DNA of 64,000 nucleotides from Batkoa obscura (Eukaryota): NCBI GenBank assembly GCA_030770535.1, contig JASVEC010000021.1, positions 124,001 to 188,000 of the forward strand, read 5' to 3'. Shown piece by piece: positions 50,243 to 64,000 of this stretch (position 1 is its first letter; each line of letters starts with the position of its first letter). The notes under the pieces were generated by a model. It saw only the letters and a program-made list of their open reading frames with translations, ran no database searches and was not told where the DNA came from. The position numbers and the translations under genes were made by a program.

Positions 50243-51169
50243 TTTTATTTTGTTTTTTTAAAAACTTTAAATTAGCAAGAAGCAAAAGTTGTTGTGCTTT
50301 TAGTAGAAACATAGCTTATGACATCAGATCTCGATTGAGTGAAGATGACATCATTTTTCTATCTTGTTTGGTTGTGGTTTTTATAAATTCGAAATTACAT
50401 CATTTTCATTTTTTCTGCTTACTATTTAATAAGTAAAAAAAGATTATAATAATATAGTCGAAAGAAAAATAAATAAAAGCTGACTCTTATTATCATTACT
50501 TAATAAATATTATTTTCGATTCTATAGAATCCTTAGCTTAAACTTCAACCTATTTAATAACGTAAAATGTTAATAACTATTTTATAGATCTAATAATTTT
50601 TGATTAAAAATTCTTTTGAAGAACAATGGATTGGTATTTAGTTTTGCATTATTGAAACAACCATATAATGATTGAAGTTCACATAGCATCTAGAATATTT
50701 GAAAGGACCTTGATAATATTAGCAAGTTATAACGATAAAACTGATCTTTATTCAAATTATTCCTTTTCAAAATTTAACTTGACCAAAAAAAATAAGCTAC
50801 ATTTAGTGTAACAGAAATTAAAAAAGCGTTTTCGAAAAAGCTACAAAATTAAAAACAAAGCAAGATTTTAAAGTTTACAGTTAAAAATCAAAAAATAAAA
50901 TTTTCCGAAAAACAACTTTTAAATCTTCCTTTTAAATTTTCCTTTTAAATGTAAGATGGATGAGTTACTACTGCTTTATTTTATCTTTTATTTATTATAA
51001 TTAATATTTTCTAATGTTAGGCGCAAGGTGAGTATCCTGTTTATAAACTTTATAATTCAATAGAATATAGTAACAAAATTCATGTTAAATTTGATAAAAT
51101 AGACTGAATCGAGACAACGCAGTAAATATATTTTTACCATCAAATGAAGCAAAAAATTGGCTCAATTTT

Positions 51170-54100
51170 ATGCCTATAAAATCAAGTAATTTAAAAAATG
51201 ATGCTTCAAGTTTTAATTGTAAACGGGAAGTGAAGCAATTCAATCATATTAAAATGGATAAAGAATGGGAGCAAATCCAACAAAAAAGTAATTATTTTTA
51301 CTATCAATTAATAAATTAAACTCTGATTTCATCCCTTTCCTATATTAATTCACTACTTTTATTTAGCTTTTACAAAATGGTAACTTTAACGAATGAATAT
51401 ACCAACATTACTAAATAACAATATTTTATTGTAGGGTAAATATCCAATTAAGCAGTAAAAATTATGAAAATATCAAAGACTTATATCATGGTTTATCGGA
51501 TGGTACAGCATTAATACAGTTACTGGTAATCAAATAGTTTACAACTATTTCAACTTTTATAGTAAACAAAGGCTTACTATTTTGATAAAAATAGGAAGCT
51601 TTAACGGATGCACCTATTGGCAAGTATAACTTCCACCCGAAATACCGTTTACAAAAGATTGAAAACTTGAACAAAGCATTAAAATTTATCCGTGAAAGAG
51701 GGATTAACTTGACCAATATTGGGGCTGAAGATATTGTGGATGGTAATATTAAGTTGACCCTTGGTATGATCTGGACCATTGTTTTAAGATTCACTATTGA
51801 TGATATTAGGTAAGCTAAAGCTATTGTTTGTAAGTATCGGGTTTAATTATTTCTTAAAGTGAAGAAGGTGTAGGTGCTAAAGAAGGTCTTTTGCTTTGGT
51901 GTCAAAGAAAGACTGCAGGGTATCAAGGGGTTAATGTTCAAGACTTTACTTATAGGTAAATCGGAGCTTATTTTCATGAATATAAATTAATGTTTATTTT
52001 TTTAGTTGGAAGGATGGACTTGCATTGTAATAAATATATAGTTATTAATATAATTAAAATGTTAGAACATTTATTGCTTTAGGTGCGCTTTAATCCATCG
52101 ACATTACCCAGAACTTTTAGACTACCATTCATTAGATAAAGTAATTTCAATTTATTGTATTCTGATAGCACATTCATCTTTCTTAGAATGATTATCGTGG
52201 GAATACAGCTTTAGCTTTCAAAGTTGCGGAAGAGTGTATTGGAATACCGGTAATAATAAAAATGACACAGTATTAATAATATGATTAAATAAATGAATAG
52301 CAATTACTTGATGTAGCTGATTTGTGTGATATTTCAAAACCCGATGAGTTATCAGTGATGACATATATCGCTTCTTATTTCCATGCTTTTAGTGAGTTAG
52401 GTAAATTAATTATTATATTAAATAATATCTTTTTAATACAAATAATAAAAAATAAAAGATCGATGTGGCACAGCAGGAAGAAGGGTGATCAAATTTATTG
52501 AAATAGCACAGACAACCTATGAATCCACAAATGATTATGAAAAGAGGGCTAGACAAGTAACTATTAATAAATAATTACAAAAATAATAGTTCTTATTTTT
52601 ATAGTTATTATCTGAGATCAGTGAGATACAAACATCGTGGAAAGAGATAACATTACCGGAACAATATAAAGAATTGAAAAAGAAATTGATCGAATTTACA
52701 CAGTATAAATCCACTACTAAAAGGATATGGTTAACTGAAAAACAAGATTTAGATACTTTATTAGGAAATATTCATATCAAATTAAAAACTTATCAGTTGA
52801 AACCTTATAATCCTCCAAAAGGATTAACTCTCTTGGTAAGAATTGTCAATAGGAATTTATTAAAGAGAGTGTGCTCATATTTTTGTTTTTATTTAGGATT
52901 TGGATACAAAATGGAACATGTTAATTAAAGCAGAAGCAGATAGAAGAATCAAAATTGTTAATAAGATTAAAGAGTAGGTTTATAATATGATATGTGATAA
53001 TACAAAAATACTAATATATAATTATTAGGAGTAAGCAAAAATTGATTGATGAATTCAATCGCTTAACCAATCAATTAAATAAGAATTTAAATGAAATAGC
53101 ATCAGCATTTTCCAAAATTGACGGAGAATTGAATGTAAAGATAATAGTATACTATATTATAATATACATATGTTATAATATAAAGTAAACAATAACAACA
53201 TAATACTAATAAGGTTTTTAGGAACAATTAGAGAAAGTAAAAGCATTAAGTTCAAAATTAAATTTGATAGAAGAAGAATTAGACAAGATAAATAAATTAT
53301 CTAATGAATTTCAAGAAGCAAATATAGAAGAAGTAGAAGATATTAATTTTTCATATGAAGATTTACAATATGATTTTGATTTGTTAAAACATGGTTTGAA
53401 TAAAAAAATATCTTTTATTGAAAATCAAGTAATCTATTTGATATAATATAATATATAATAAGAATTAGTTTATATTTTAATTTATTTTAGATAATAAGTC
53501 GAGGTATAAGTAATCTAACTCCAGATCAATTAGAAGAATTCGAATCTTCTTTCCGTCATTTTGATACTGATGATTCTAATACACTTTCATTATCTGAATT
53601 TAAAGCTTGTTTGGCTGCTCTAGGAAATGTATTTCCAGTAAGTTTAAATTTAACTTTATACTATTAGTCATTCAACAATAATACTTTTTTAGGATGAAGA
53701 ATTTGAAGAAATATTTTACTATGTATCAGATAACTCAGAATTTGTTTCTTTTGAACAGGTGATTATTTATTCTTCATATTAATAATTCAATAATAACATT
53801 AATAATCATTAATAATCATTTTTAGTATATTAATTTTATGATTTCAAATACAGAAGATAAAGTATCAGCGGATCAATTGTTAGAAGCTTTTTCTATTATT
53901 GCGGATGGAAAAGTAAGTCAATTTCAATTGAATTGAAGTATCAATAACTTAAGTTAAAATAACAATAACATTTTACTAATAATTATTTCAACTATTAGCC
54001 TTATGTGACCGAATTAGATTTAAAGAAGCAAAGCTTACCACCAGTAACAATTGATTATTTACTACAAACTATACCTCAAGCTTCCGATTTAACAGAAGAA

Positions 54101-54178
54101 GAAATAATAGCAGCAGAACAATGCGGAGAAGGATTAGTGCTCGATTTTAATGCTTATCTTGGGGATTTGTTTTTATAA
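51170..54178 (+). CDS. ain1: Alpha-actinin (CH-CH, spectrin repeats, EF-hands; many short exons; start at 51170 or 51254)
   Basis: [87 protein letters not shown] EF-hand, [12 protein letters not shown]. Confidence 0.93.
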
Positions 54179-54370
54179 TAATTAATAATTCATTATAATT
54201 GTAATAATTATAATATTGAAAATAAATTAATTTATAAATATATATACTTTGAAAAATTTGATGTTGGTTTTTTTATATTGAATTGCCTTTTTTGATATAT
54301 ATATTTTTAGTGGCTATAAGTTTTGATGTTTTTTTGAATTACTTTCTTATTTTAGTTTTATTTTTTTTAA

Positions 54371-55475
54371 ATGAGGTAGGTTAAAATTCAATAGAAGAAA
54401 TTAAAGTTTTAAATATGCAATTAATGACGAATTCTACAGTCGAACAGCCAACATTTCAGCAAGTAAAGGCACGATGGTGCAAGAGTTTTTTAAAGCTAAT
54501 GGAAATATAAGTATTGGTAAGAGATAATAAATAAATGATAGAAGATATACATAAATCTTAAACTATGAAATAAAATGCTATATTAAAAACCAGATAATAA
54601 TGTTTTAATAATATCAATGAATAATTTTTAGGAGAAAATAATTTATTTCAAAGTTGTACTAGTGTATTTGCTAACAAAGGAGATATCCTTATTGGTAATA
54701 ATAATATATTTGAAGAAAATGTTGTGATTATTAATAAGTAAGTATGTTATTAAATCTCATTTATTTTTATTCATCAATTTTTTAAATGAAAGTCGTTGAA
54801 ATAAATCTATTTTTATTATTATCTATCTTACCTTTATCTTTATTAATCTATATTAAACTTTAGTTCTTCGGAACCCATGCATATCGGTAACGATAATTAT
54901 TTTGAGTCCGGTAGTTGTAAATCATCATAGTTGTAATATTTTAAACATTTATTTATTTCAAATTTAGATATCGATTCTTCTCAAATTGGGGATCGTAATC
55001 AATTTGAACCAAGAAGTGAGTATATTCTGTTTTTATATATATAACGCTACTATAATAATCTCATCTTTCCAACTATCTCTTTAATATTGTCCAATATCAA
55101 ACGTTTCAATAAGATTAACTTTTTATTTTTAAATTAGGTAAAATTCAACCAGGTTGTATAATTAAAAATGAAACTGTAGTAAGTGCCAATTGTTCTGTTG
55201 AAGCGGGCACTATTTTAGAAGATTTATCTGTTATTTATGGAAATAACAATGTATTAAGGAAACAATTTGATCAATTTTTTGTAAGTAGATATAAATTTTT
55301 ATTACTGTGAAATAGATGTTAATATGTTTTTATTTTTTTAGTTATCTTATCATTATCAGCATATTAAGTATTTGAGAAAGGTAATTGTGTTTTTTGTATA
55401 TAAAAATGAACATTAATTAATAACATTTTTTAGATTATTAAAGCAAGTAAGGGGGATGTTAAAATCTTTCAATGA
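54371..55475 (+). CDS. DCTN6: Dynactin subunit p27 (left-handed beta-helix; multi-exon, not in ORF track)
   Basis: GNISIGENN, GDILIGNNNIFEE.VVIIN, PMHIGNDNYFESG, IGDRNQFE hexapeptide repeats. Confidence 0.85.
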
Positions 55476-55659
55476 AGTGAATGCAGATGTTCCTTTTATG
55501 TTTTTTTATAATAAAGCTTCAATTTCAATGTTTAATGCAATCTTTTTATCTTCTTTACTTTTATTGGCTTAAAACGTTGAATTTTGTTTTATTTTTTCAT
55601 AAAATTCGATTTGAACTTCTCCAATTTAGTATATTTTTAAATTCACTTAACTATCAACA

Positions 55660-57533
55660 ATGAACGTTCAACCTAAACCTAGAAAACTCTTTAAAAAAGA
55701 AATCAATATAATACAAACGGAACAGCAAGTTAATTATTGGAGAACTATATATGATCAACAGCATTCTTCGGATGAAATAGAATCTCAAGTAGTTGATTTT
55801 ATTCATCAACATTTAAAACAAACTTGGTTTCCAAGGTTTTTAAAAAATATAATATTAAATGAACTAGGATTAAGTGAATTATTTATTAAAGTAATCATAT
55901 CTTATGATTTCAACAGTTTAATTAAATTATTAGATGTTATATTGGTAGAGTATCAAGAAGATAAAGCAGAGATTGAAAAACTAGAATTGGAATTCTGGGT
56001 TTTAAAACAAAATTATTTGGCAGATAAAATTATTAAGTTCAAGAGTTATGTCTTCTCAAAAGAAAGCTATTATCAATTATTTATTTGGTTTTTAAGGTTT
56101 TTGAATCAATTAGAAGGTAAATTAGAAGGTAAACTAGAAATTTTATAGCTATGAATTTTGATTAATTGTAACTTATATTAGTTAAGAGAATGGAATTTCA
56201 TCGATTTTTAAAGTTAACTAAGCAATTTAAAGAATATCAATACAATTTAATACCAATGATAATTTTACCTAAAGATGATATTATAAAGCTTGAAACCCAA
56301 CAGTTAATCTTACAATTTTATTTTGATAAACAAGTAAATATTAAAAATGAAGAAGAAAATTTTATTAAATTAAAACAAAGTTTTAAAAATATATTTCAAT
56401 CCAAGTTATTTCACCAACAGTTAAGTTTAATTCAACAATTGATCAAGTATTTTTCTATTCATTATACGATGAATTTTATGCAATTATTTTTTAACCGAAT
56501 AATTATTGAAAATATTTGTTTATTTTATCCAGAGTTTGTTAATCATAATAAGTTTATCATGAAAGATGAATTAATATTGTTATTATTAAATGATATAGAT
56601 ATTATTTACAGTATTTATTTTAATTTAAGTGATACAATATTAACATTATATGATATAAATATTGAATTTGTTAAATTAATTGAATTAATTAGCAATCAAA
56701 ATCAACATGTAAGTAATCAAATAATGGAAAATTGGATGAGTAAACTAGATAATGAGAAAGTAAGAGAGATATTAACTAAAATTATATTTAATTATGATAT
56801 GTTGGAATTTAACTTGCAAGTTTATATAAAGAAACAAATAGAGTTAAATATAATATTTGATAATAACGAAGTCAAATGGCAATTTTTAATTAAGTTATTA
56901 TTACAAAGTAATATGGATAGTTTGTTTTTTAACATTATATTTAAATCAATCGAAGATAATAAAGTAGATAGTGAAATGTCGTATTTCATTAACTATTTTC
57001 AATTAGTATTAAATGAATTGCATTTTAATCAAGTCAATAATAATAATAATAAACAAAGTTTAATATCAAATTTAATCAAAAATAGCTTTATTGTTTTAAA
57101 GAAAGAATATAATTTAATCTATAAACAATTAATTATAAATGATCAATTGTTAGTAATATTATTATCTATTCTAGCTCATTTTATTTCCAATCATTGTAAT
57201 AATGGCAATAATGATGATAATATGGAATATCCTAACAATGAGTTAATTCAATTGACGTTGCATTTATTAAAGGATATATTAATAAATTTATTTTATAATA
57301 ATAACGATGAAATAGAAATAACGAAAGAAACAATTGAATCGACGATAAAGGATAATAAGAATAATAATAATAAGATACAATTATTAGACCAAAATATAAG
57401 TTATCATTTAATTTGTTATAATAATTTCAATTTGAAGCAATTTCAATCTGGCTTTATTATAGAAAATGAATTAAGGCCTTTCTATCAAATATTTGGAAAT
57501 TATTTTAATATCTTTAAATTCTTTTTAAAATAA
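55660..57533 (+). CDS. Hypothetical helical protein, ~600 aa (2 exons)
   Basis: Two long ORFs join in frame (phase-1 intron from 56117 or 56129 to 56181); family not recognised. Confidence 0.65.
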
Positions 57534-57884
57534 ATCGCAGTTTTTTATTATTTGAGATTTATGCTTACTTTTTCTATTCTCTTGTCCTTTTTTAATACTG
57601 AGAAATAAAACACTTAGCTACTCTTATATTGCCGAGGCTTAATAAATAAATTCAAAATTTATATTTTATTAATTTTTATTAATTTAAGATGTTGACGTAA
57701 TTTCACCTGTTTTTTTAAAGAACAATTCTATTAAGAATAAAATCTCAAGCTTACCAAGAAATTAGATTTAGTTAAAACACAAAAAGGTTTAGTTTTAAAA
57801 ATCACATAATCAATTTTAAAACAAACTTGTTATTTTTATCTTTTTATTTTTCAGAGGACTAATAAAAAACAAAAAGTTAAAGAA

Positions 57885-59790
<1,906 letters not shown>

Positions 59791-59864
59791 TTTTTATATA
59801 AAAAAATTTCATTCTTTTATTCAATAAAAACAGTTGCTTACTTTGATTCTATTCATTTATTGTT

Positions 59865-61328
59865 CTAAACTTTTTTTTTAATACTTTTCTTAATCTTTTC
59901 TTGATTCCCTTGTTTCTCTAGCTTCTCTTCTTTTACATTGACTTTTTTATCATTCGAGTTACTACTAGATCGACTTGCCATGGTGTAAATTAAAGTACCT
60001 GAAAAAGCAAGAATAGTACCCAATATAAAATTGAAACTTACATTTTGATTAAAATATAAAACAGAAAATACGATTGAAATCATTTTACGCATAGTTAAAA
60101 CTAAATTTAAAGTTAAAGCTGTACTCATAGAAGACAGTTTTTGTACACCAGAAACACAAAAGTATCTATCAAATAAATTTAAAAAAATAAACCAATTTAC
60201 AGAATAAAATAATAATAACTTACTGAGTACCAACGTTCAATGCTAGATAAAATACTAATTTTGGTATATGAAGAATATTCCATTGATTTAATAAATTAGC
60301 AATACTGCCATTAAAAGGTAAATTATCTGATGTTAAATAAGAGTTCCATTGTGTTAATATATCTTTAGAAAATAATAAAAAGATTGGTAATGAAAGTGCA
60401 TGCTATTTAAAGATTATAAAGTATTAATTGGATATATTATTAAAATCAAAACAGATAATTACTGTATAAAACAAGCCTTCTCTCCAATGTTTCCCGTACT
60501 TTTTATAAGTGACTTCTTGGACAATACCTTTATTCAAAAGCAGTTGTTATTAATTTGTTCTAATTAAATTGATAATAATTAATATACCTAATAAAGAGGC
60601 TAAAAATAAACCTAAAGTTAAAATACCAATCCCAATAACTTGTTGAGAAAAGGTAGAATTAACTTCTTTTTGCTATTAAAAATAAATAAATAAAATAAAT
60701 AAAGTTAATAATAAAACTAAAGTTTTTACCTTTGTATTCACACTACTTAAAGTGGTAATAATAATACCAGCCGTAACAATTAAAATTGAAAATATTTGAG
60801 TTAATTTATATCTAAAAAAGAATATATCATCAGATTGCATCTTATATATATAAACATCTATCATTACCTTTTCTTTAACAAAATAACACCCATCAGCATA
60901 TTAGTAATCAAACTACCAGATCGAAAAATAATATGTAAACTCATTGGAATATCATATGCAAAAGCAATATTATTAATTTGAGAAGATGAAAAAAACAATA
61001 CTACCATTATACACCAAATATATAATGGTATTTTTCGATCTTTTAATTTTGGTATTCCATTACTACTTAAAGTCATATTATTTAATAAACCTTCTGTGGC
61101 TACTAATAAAAATTGAGCAAATGTAATGAGATTGCCTAAAAGGAATAACAAAATAAGTTTAATAAAAGAATATAAATAAAAGAGGATGCAAAGCTTACCT
61201 GAACTTGGTGCATCCCGTACAATCATTTCTAATGCATAGGCATTACTACAACAACCTCCAATGATAAATGATAAAGTATAGATCCAGGAACTTAAAGTGG
61301 TAGTGGCTATATTAGATGAAATAGACAT
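59865..61328 (-). CDS. YEA4: UDP-GlcNAc/UDP-xylose transporter (Yea4/SLC35B4; multi-exon)
   Basis: GGCCSN..ALE, GNLITFAQF, NNIAFAYDIPMSLHIIFRSG, YGKHWREGLFY, TQYFCVSGV, LTMRKMISIVFS. Confidence 0.92.
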
Positions 61329-62129
61329 TTTTTATACTATTGATAATGTGGTGTTATAACAGTTTAAAAATGATAAAAATAAACAATATGAGTTTTTTTT
61401 AATTATTTATAGTTTATGTTGTTCAATTTATTCTTAAGTACTGTTGCTGTTGTCGTAGTATAATTAGTTAGTTGAAGCAGTTATTAATTTTTTTAAATAC
61501 TCAATTTTTAGTCACTCATGTAAATTTTAATGTAATTATTATCGGCTTAATTTTTTTTACAAATTTATCATCATTATAAACTGATAGTTGAGTTAAGAAT
61601 CCAAGAAATTTAAAAATTAGATTTAATTTTAGAATCCCCTTAGATTCAGGAACACTTTAACAAAAGGTCAAGATCAGAACGTTTTAAAGAGCTTCGTTAC
61701 CTTTTGTAACACTGCTAGAATTTGAATTTGAACTTGAAATTAGAAGATGCTCGTGATCATCGGCTTAACTTTTGGATTGTTGACCACTTTTTCATAGGCA
61801 ACGGATAAACCTTTTTGGAATAAATTTTTAAGTTAATGCTGATTTGAAATCAAAATATCAAAGTTTAAGAGTTTATAAAACAAAAAGGTAAAACATTATA
61901 AGATGGAGCTGGATTTATCAGATATAGTTGCTTAATAGACTGATATAGTTTCAGTAATAATTTTACTATCAGCTTCCCATTTATTGATTGGCATAAATGT
62001 ATATGATGAGAGAAACTTATGTATAAAAGATATAAAAGATATAAAAATATAGATAAAAAAATAAAATATGGAATATGAACATTAAGTAATAATATATATT
62101 GATTCTAAATAATATTAATAAACTTTTAT

Positions 62130-63704
62130 TTACAAAATCAATGATTTTAAATCCCTATTCCTTCTTAAACAAAGCGGTACTTTAATATCATTTTCATTAA
62201 TAGTTCCTTTTTTAAGTTGATAGAGTCTTAGTTTACTATTATCTGTTTCAGTTACACTACCATCTTTAACATCCCCTCTCACTTCTTTATCACTAATATC
62301 TTCCACTTTAATAACGATTTGACTACTAGAGCTATTAGTACTATTACTCCCTCTATCATCAACTATAGCATTGCTATTACTCAAAGACTCACTATTTTTA
62401 TTCGAATTCCCTGAAAATAAAGTTGAAGAATTTAAAGAAGTTGAAAAATAAGGGGTTAAGTTACTGTTCATATAGTTTTTATCCGGTTGATTATTTTCTT
62501 CATCTTTTAATGGATATAATACATAATTCATTGTATTTAATGTATTATTAGGGCAATTATTTATACCGTTTATTGTAGTCATACTCATTCTTGTAGTTGA
62601 ACTTCTATTATTGTCATTATTATTATTATTAAAAAATAAACCATCACTATCATTTACTCCACCTTTATCTTCACTTGTCTCATTTTGTTTGTTTTTAAAT
62701 AATAGATCTTTAGCAGTTGGATCTAAAAGAAAGAAAAAGAAAGCATTCAAAAACCCAGCCGAATAAGGAATAACATAAAAAAGATATAAAGGTATTAAAG
62801 TACGTATACCAGTATATAAAAAATAAGTATTGATTAATATATAAAAAGATTGAGTAAATAAGGGGATGATGGGGTAAATTAATATACGTTTAGTAATAAA
62901 TTGAATTTTGTTGACTAATTCAATACTAGCTGTAGAAATCTCCGATGGTCGTCGTCGATGAGCTCGATAATTACTAGTTAAGGTTGGATATTCTGGATTC
63001 GGTGTTGGGAGTAAAGAATCTTCATTGAAATATTTTGAAGTTGGATTGTTATTATTGCTATTTAAAATTTCTTTACTTTTTGTATTCATTTTATAATAAA
63101 TGTAAATACTAACTGTAACACAATATAAAAATAATAGATATTCCCAATTGCCAATGGTAAGCCACAACATAATAATATTGATAGCTGAACTATCAAATAA
63201 ATGAAACAAGACACAAGATCGATTTAAGATGGAAATAAGATAAGGGGGTAAGGAAAGTAGAAGAGAGATTAAAAACAAAATCGATATGAATAGGGATTCA
63301 TTTAATATTAACTTCTTTAAATTAAATAAAAACTTATTACAATTACTTAAAAAAGTTAAATGTAAATTTAACAATATTGAACTTGATAATAAGATATAAA
63401 ATAAATTTAAACTATAAGTTAAATAAGTTAAAGTAGAACAATACATATAGTTATCATCGACATTGAAATAAGATATTATACTGAATAAGATATCACTTAA
63501 TGCTATCCATAAATTAATTTTGACATGATATAATTCCCCGCTTTTATGTTTTTTATATCGACTTAATACTATAATAAAGAACATAATAGTAGCTGATAAT
63601 AAAGATATACTATTGGTTATTAAGATTGCTAAATTTAAATTATCAAAATCATTTTCCGTTATTGTTGAATCATATTGTATTTTTAATGGTGTATCCGGTT
63701 CCAT
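62130..63704 (-). CDS. 7TM receptor, cAMP-receptor/Git3-like GPCR (intronless)
   Basis: Seven hydrophobic segments, IALSD, NLHLTF, KRILIYPIIP, GFLNAFFFLLDP, long Asn/Ser-rich tail. Confidence 0.75.
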   Translation of the reverse strand: MEPDTPLKIQYDSTITENDFDNLNLAILITNSISLLSATIMFFIIVLSRYKKHKSGELYHVKINLWIALSDILFSIISYFNVDDNYMYCSTLTYLTYSLNLFYILLSSSILLNLHLTFLSNCNKFLFNLKKLILNESLFISILFLISLLLSLPPYLISILNRSCVLFHLFDSSAINIIMLWLTIGNWEYLLFLYCVTVSIYIYYKMNTKSKEILNSNNNNPTSKYFNEDSLLPTPNPEYPTLTSNYRAHRRRPSEISTASIELVNKIQFITKRILIYPIIPLFTQSFYILINTYFLYTGIRTLIPLYLFYVIPYSAGFLNAFFFFLLDPTAKDLLFKNKQNETSEDKGGVNDSDGLFFNNNNNDNNRSSTTRMSMTTINGINNCPNNTLNTMNYVLYPLKDEENNQPDKNYMNSNLTPYFSTSLNSSTLFSGNSNKNSESLSNSNAIVDDRGSNSTNSSSSQIVIKVEDISDKEVRGDVKDGSVTETDNSKLRLYQLKKGTINENDIKVPLCLRRNRDLKSLIL

Positions 63705-64000
63705 ATTGTTAATAGAGGAAGATAATTAAAAAAACAAAATTTACAAATAGTGATAATAATTTCTTTAAGATATTTATAATTGAAAAATTTTAAGCACTAT
63801 AGTTTTAGTTTTACTTAATAAAGTTAATTTTAATTTCAATATTTAGTTGATCAAATGTGCTTATTAAAAATGAAAGCCGAATTTCTATATTTAGTACATT
63901 AGTTAATTGAGATTAAATTTCAAACTAGTTGAATATTTAATTTTAGATTTGGCTTCACTTCATTGAAATTTCAATAATAACTTTAACACTGCATTATGGT

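Overview
Very AT-rich, gene-dense eukaryotic DNA with short (mostly 40-90 nt) GT-AG introns. The gene content is fungal (Kch potassium transporter, Rtg2, Ssh4, Yea4, Atp17). An animal-type class A GPCR, an ALKBH8-type dioxygenase and a chromodomain-bearing Clr4/SUV39 point to an early-diverging fungus (inference: Zoopagomycota/Entomophthoromycotina-like). About 32 protein-coding genes were reconstructed by hand; several are absent from the ORF track because they are split into small exons (MRPL22, NDUFB4, RSM18, DCTN6, CaMKK). Intergenic DNA holds at least 12 copies of a ~105-bp TA-flanked MITE, a second TIR element family (one copy with a nested MITE), and a triplicated ~430-bp relic with transition-biased decay. 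Best novel candidates: (1) a 79-aa prepro-peptide whose predicted 40-aa mature part begins GIGK and looks like an amphipathic antimicrobial/cytolytic peptide; (2) a stand-alone RRM gene that appears to be a partial duplicate of the ALKBH8-like gene 12 kb away, with the same intron; (3) a diverged tandem NT5C3 paralog; (4) a MITE-bracketed H3K9 methyltransferase gene with AT-eroded 5' exons. All calls come from manual reading; no searches were run.
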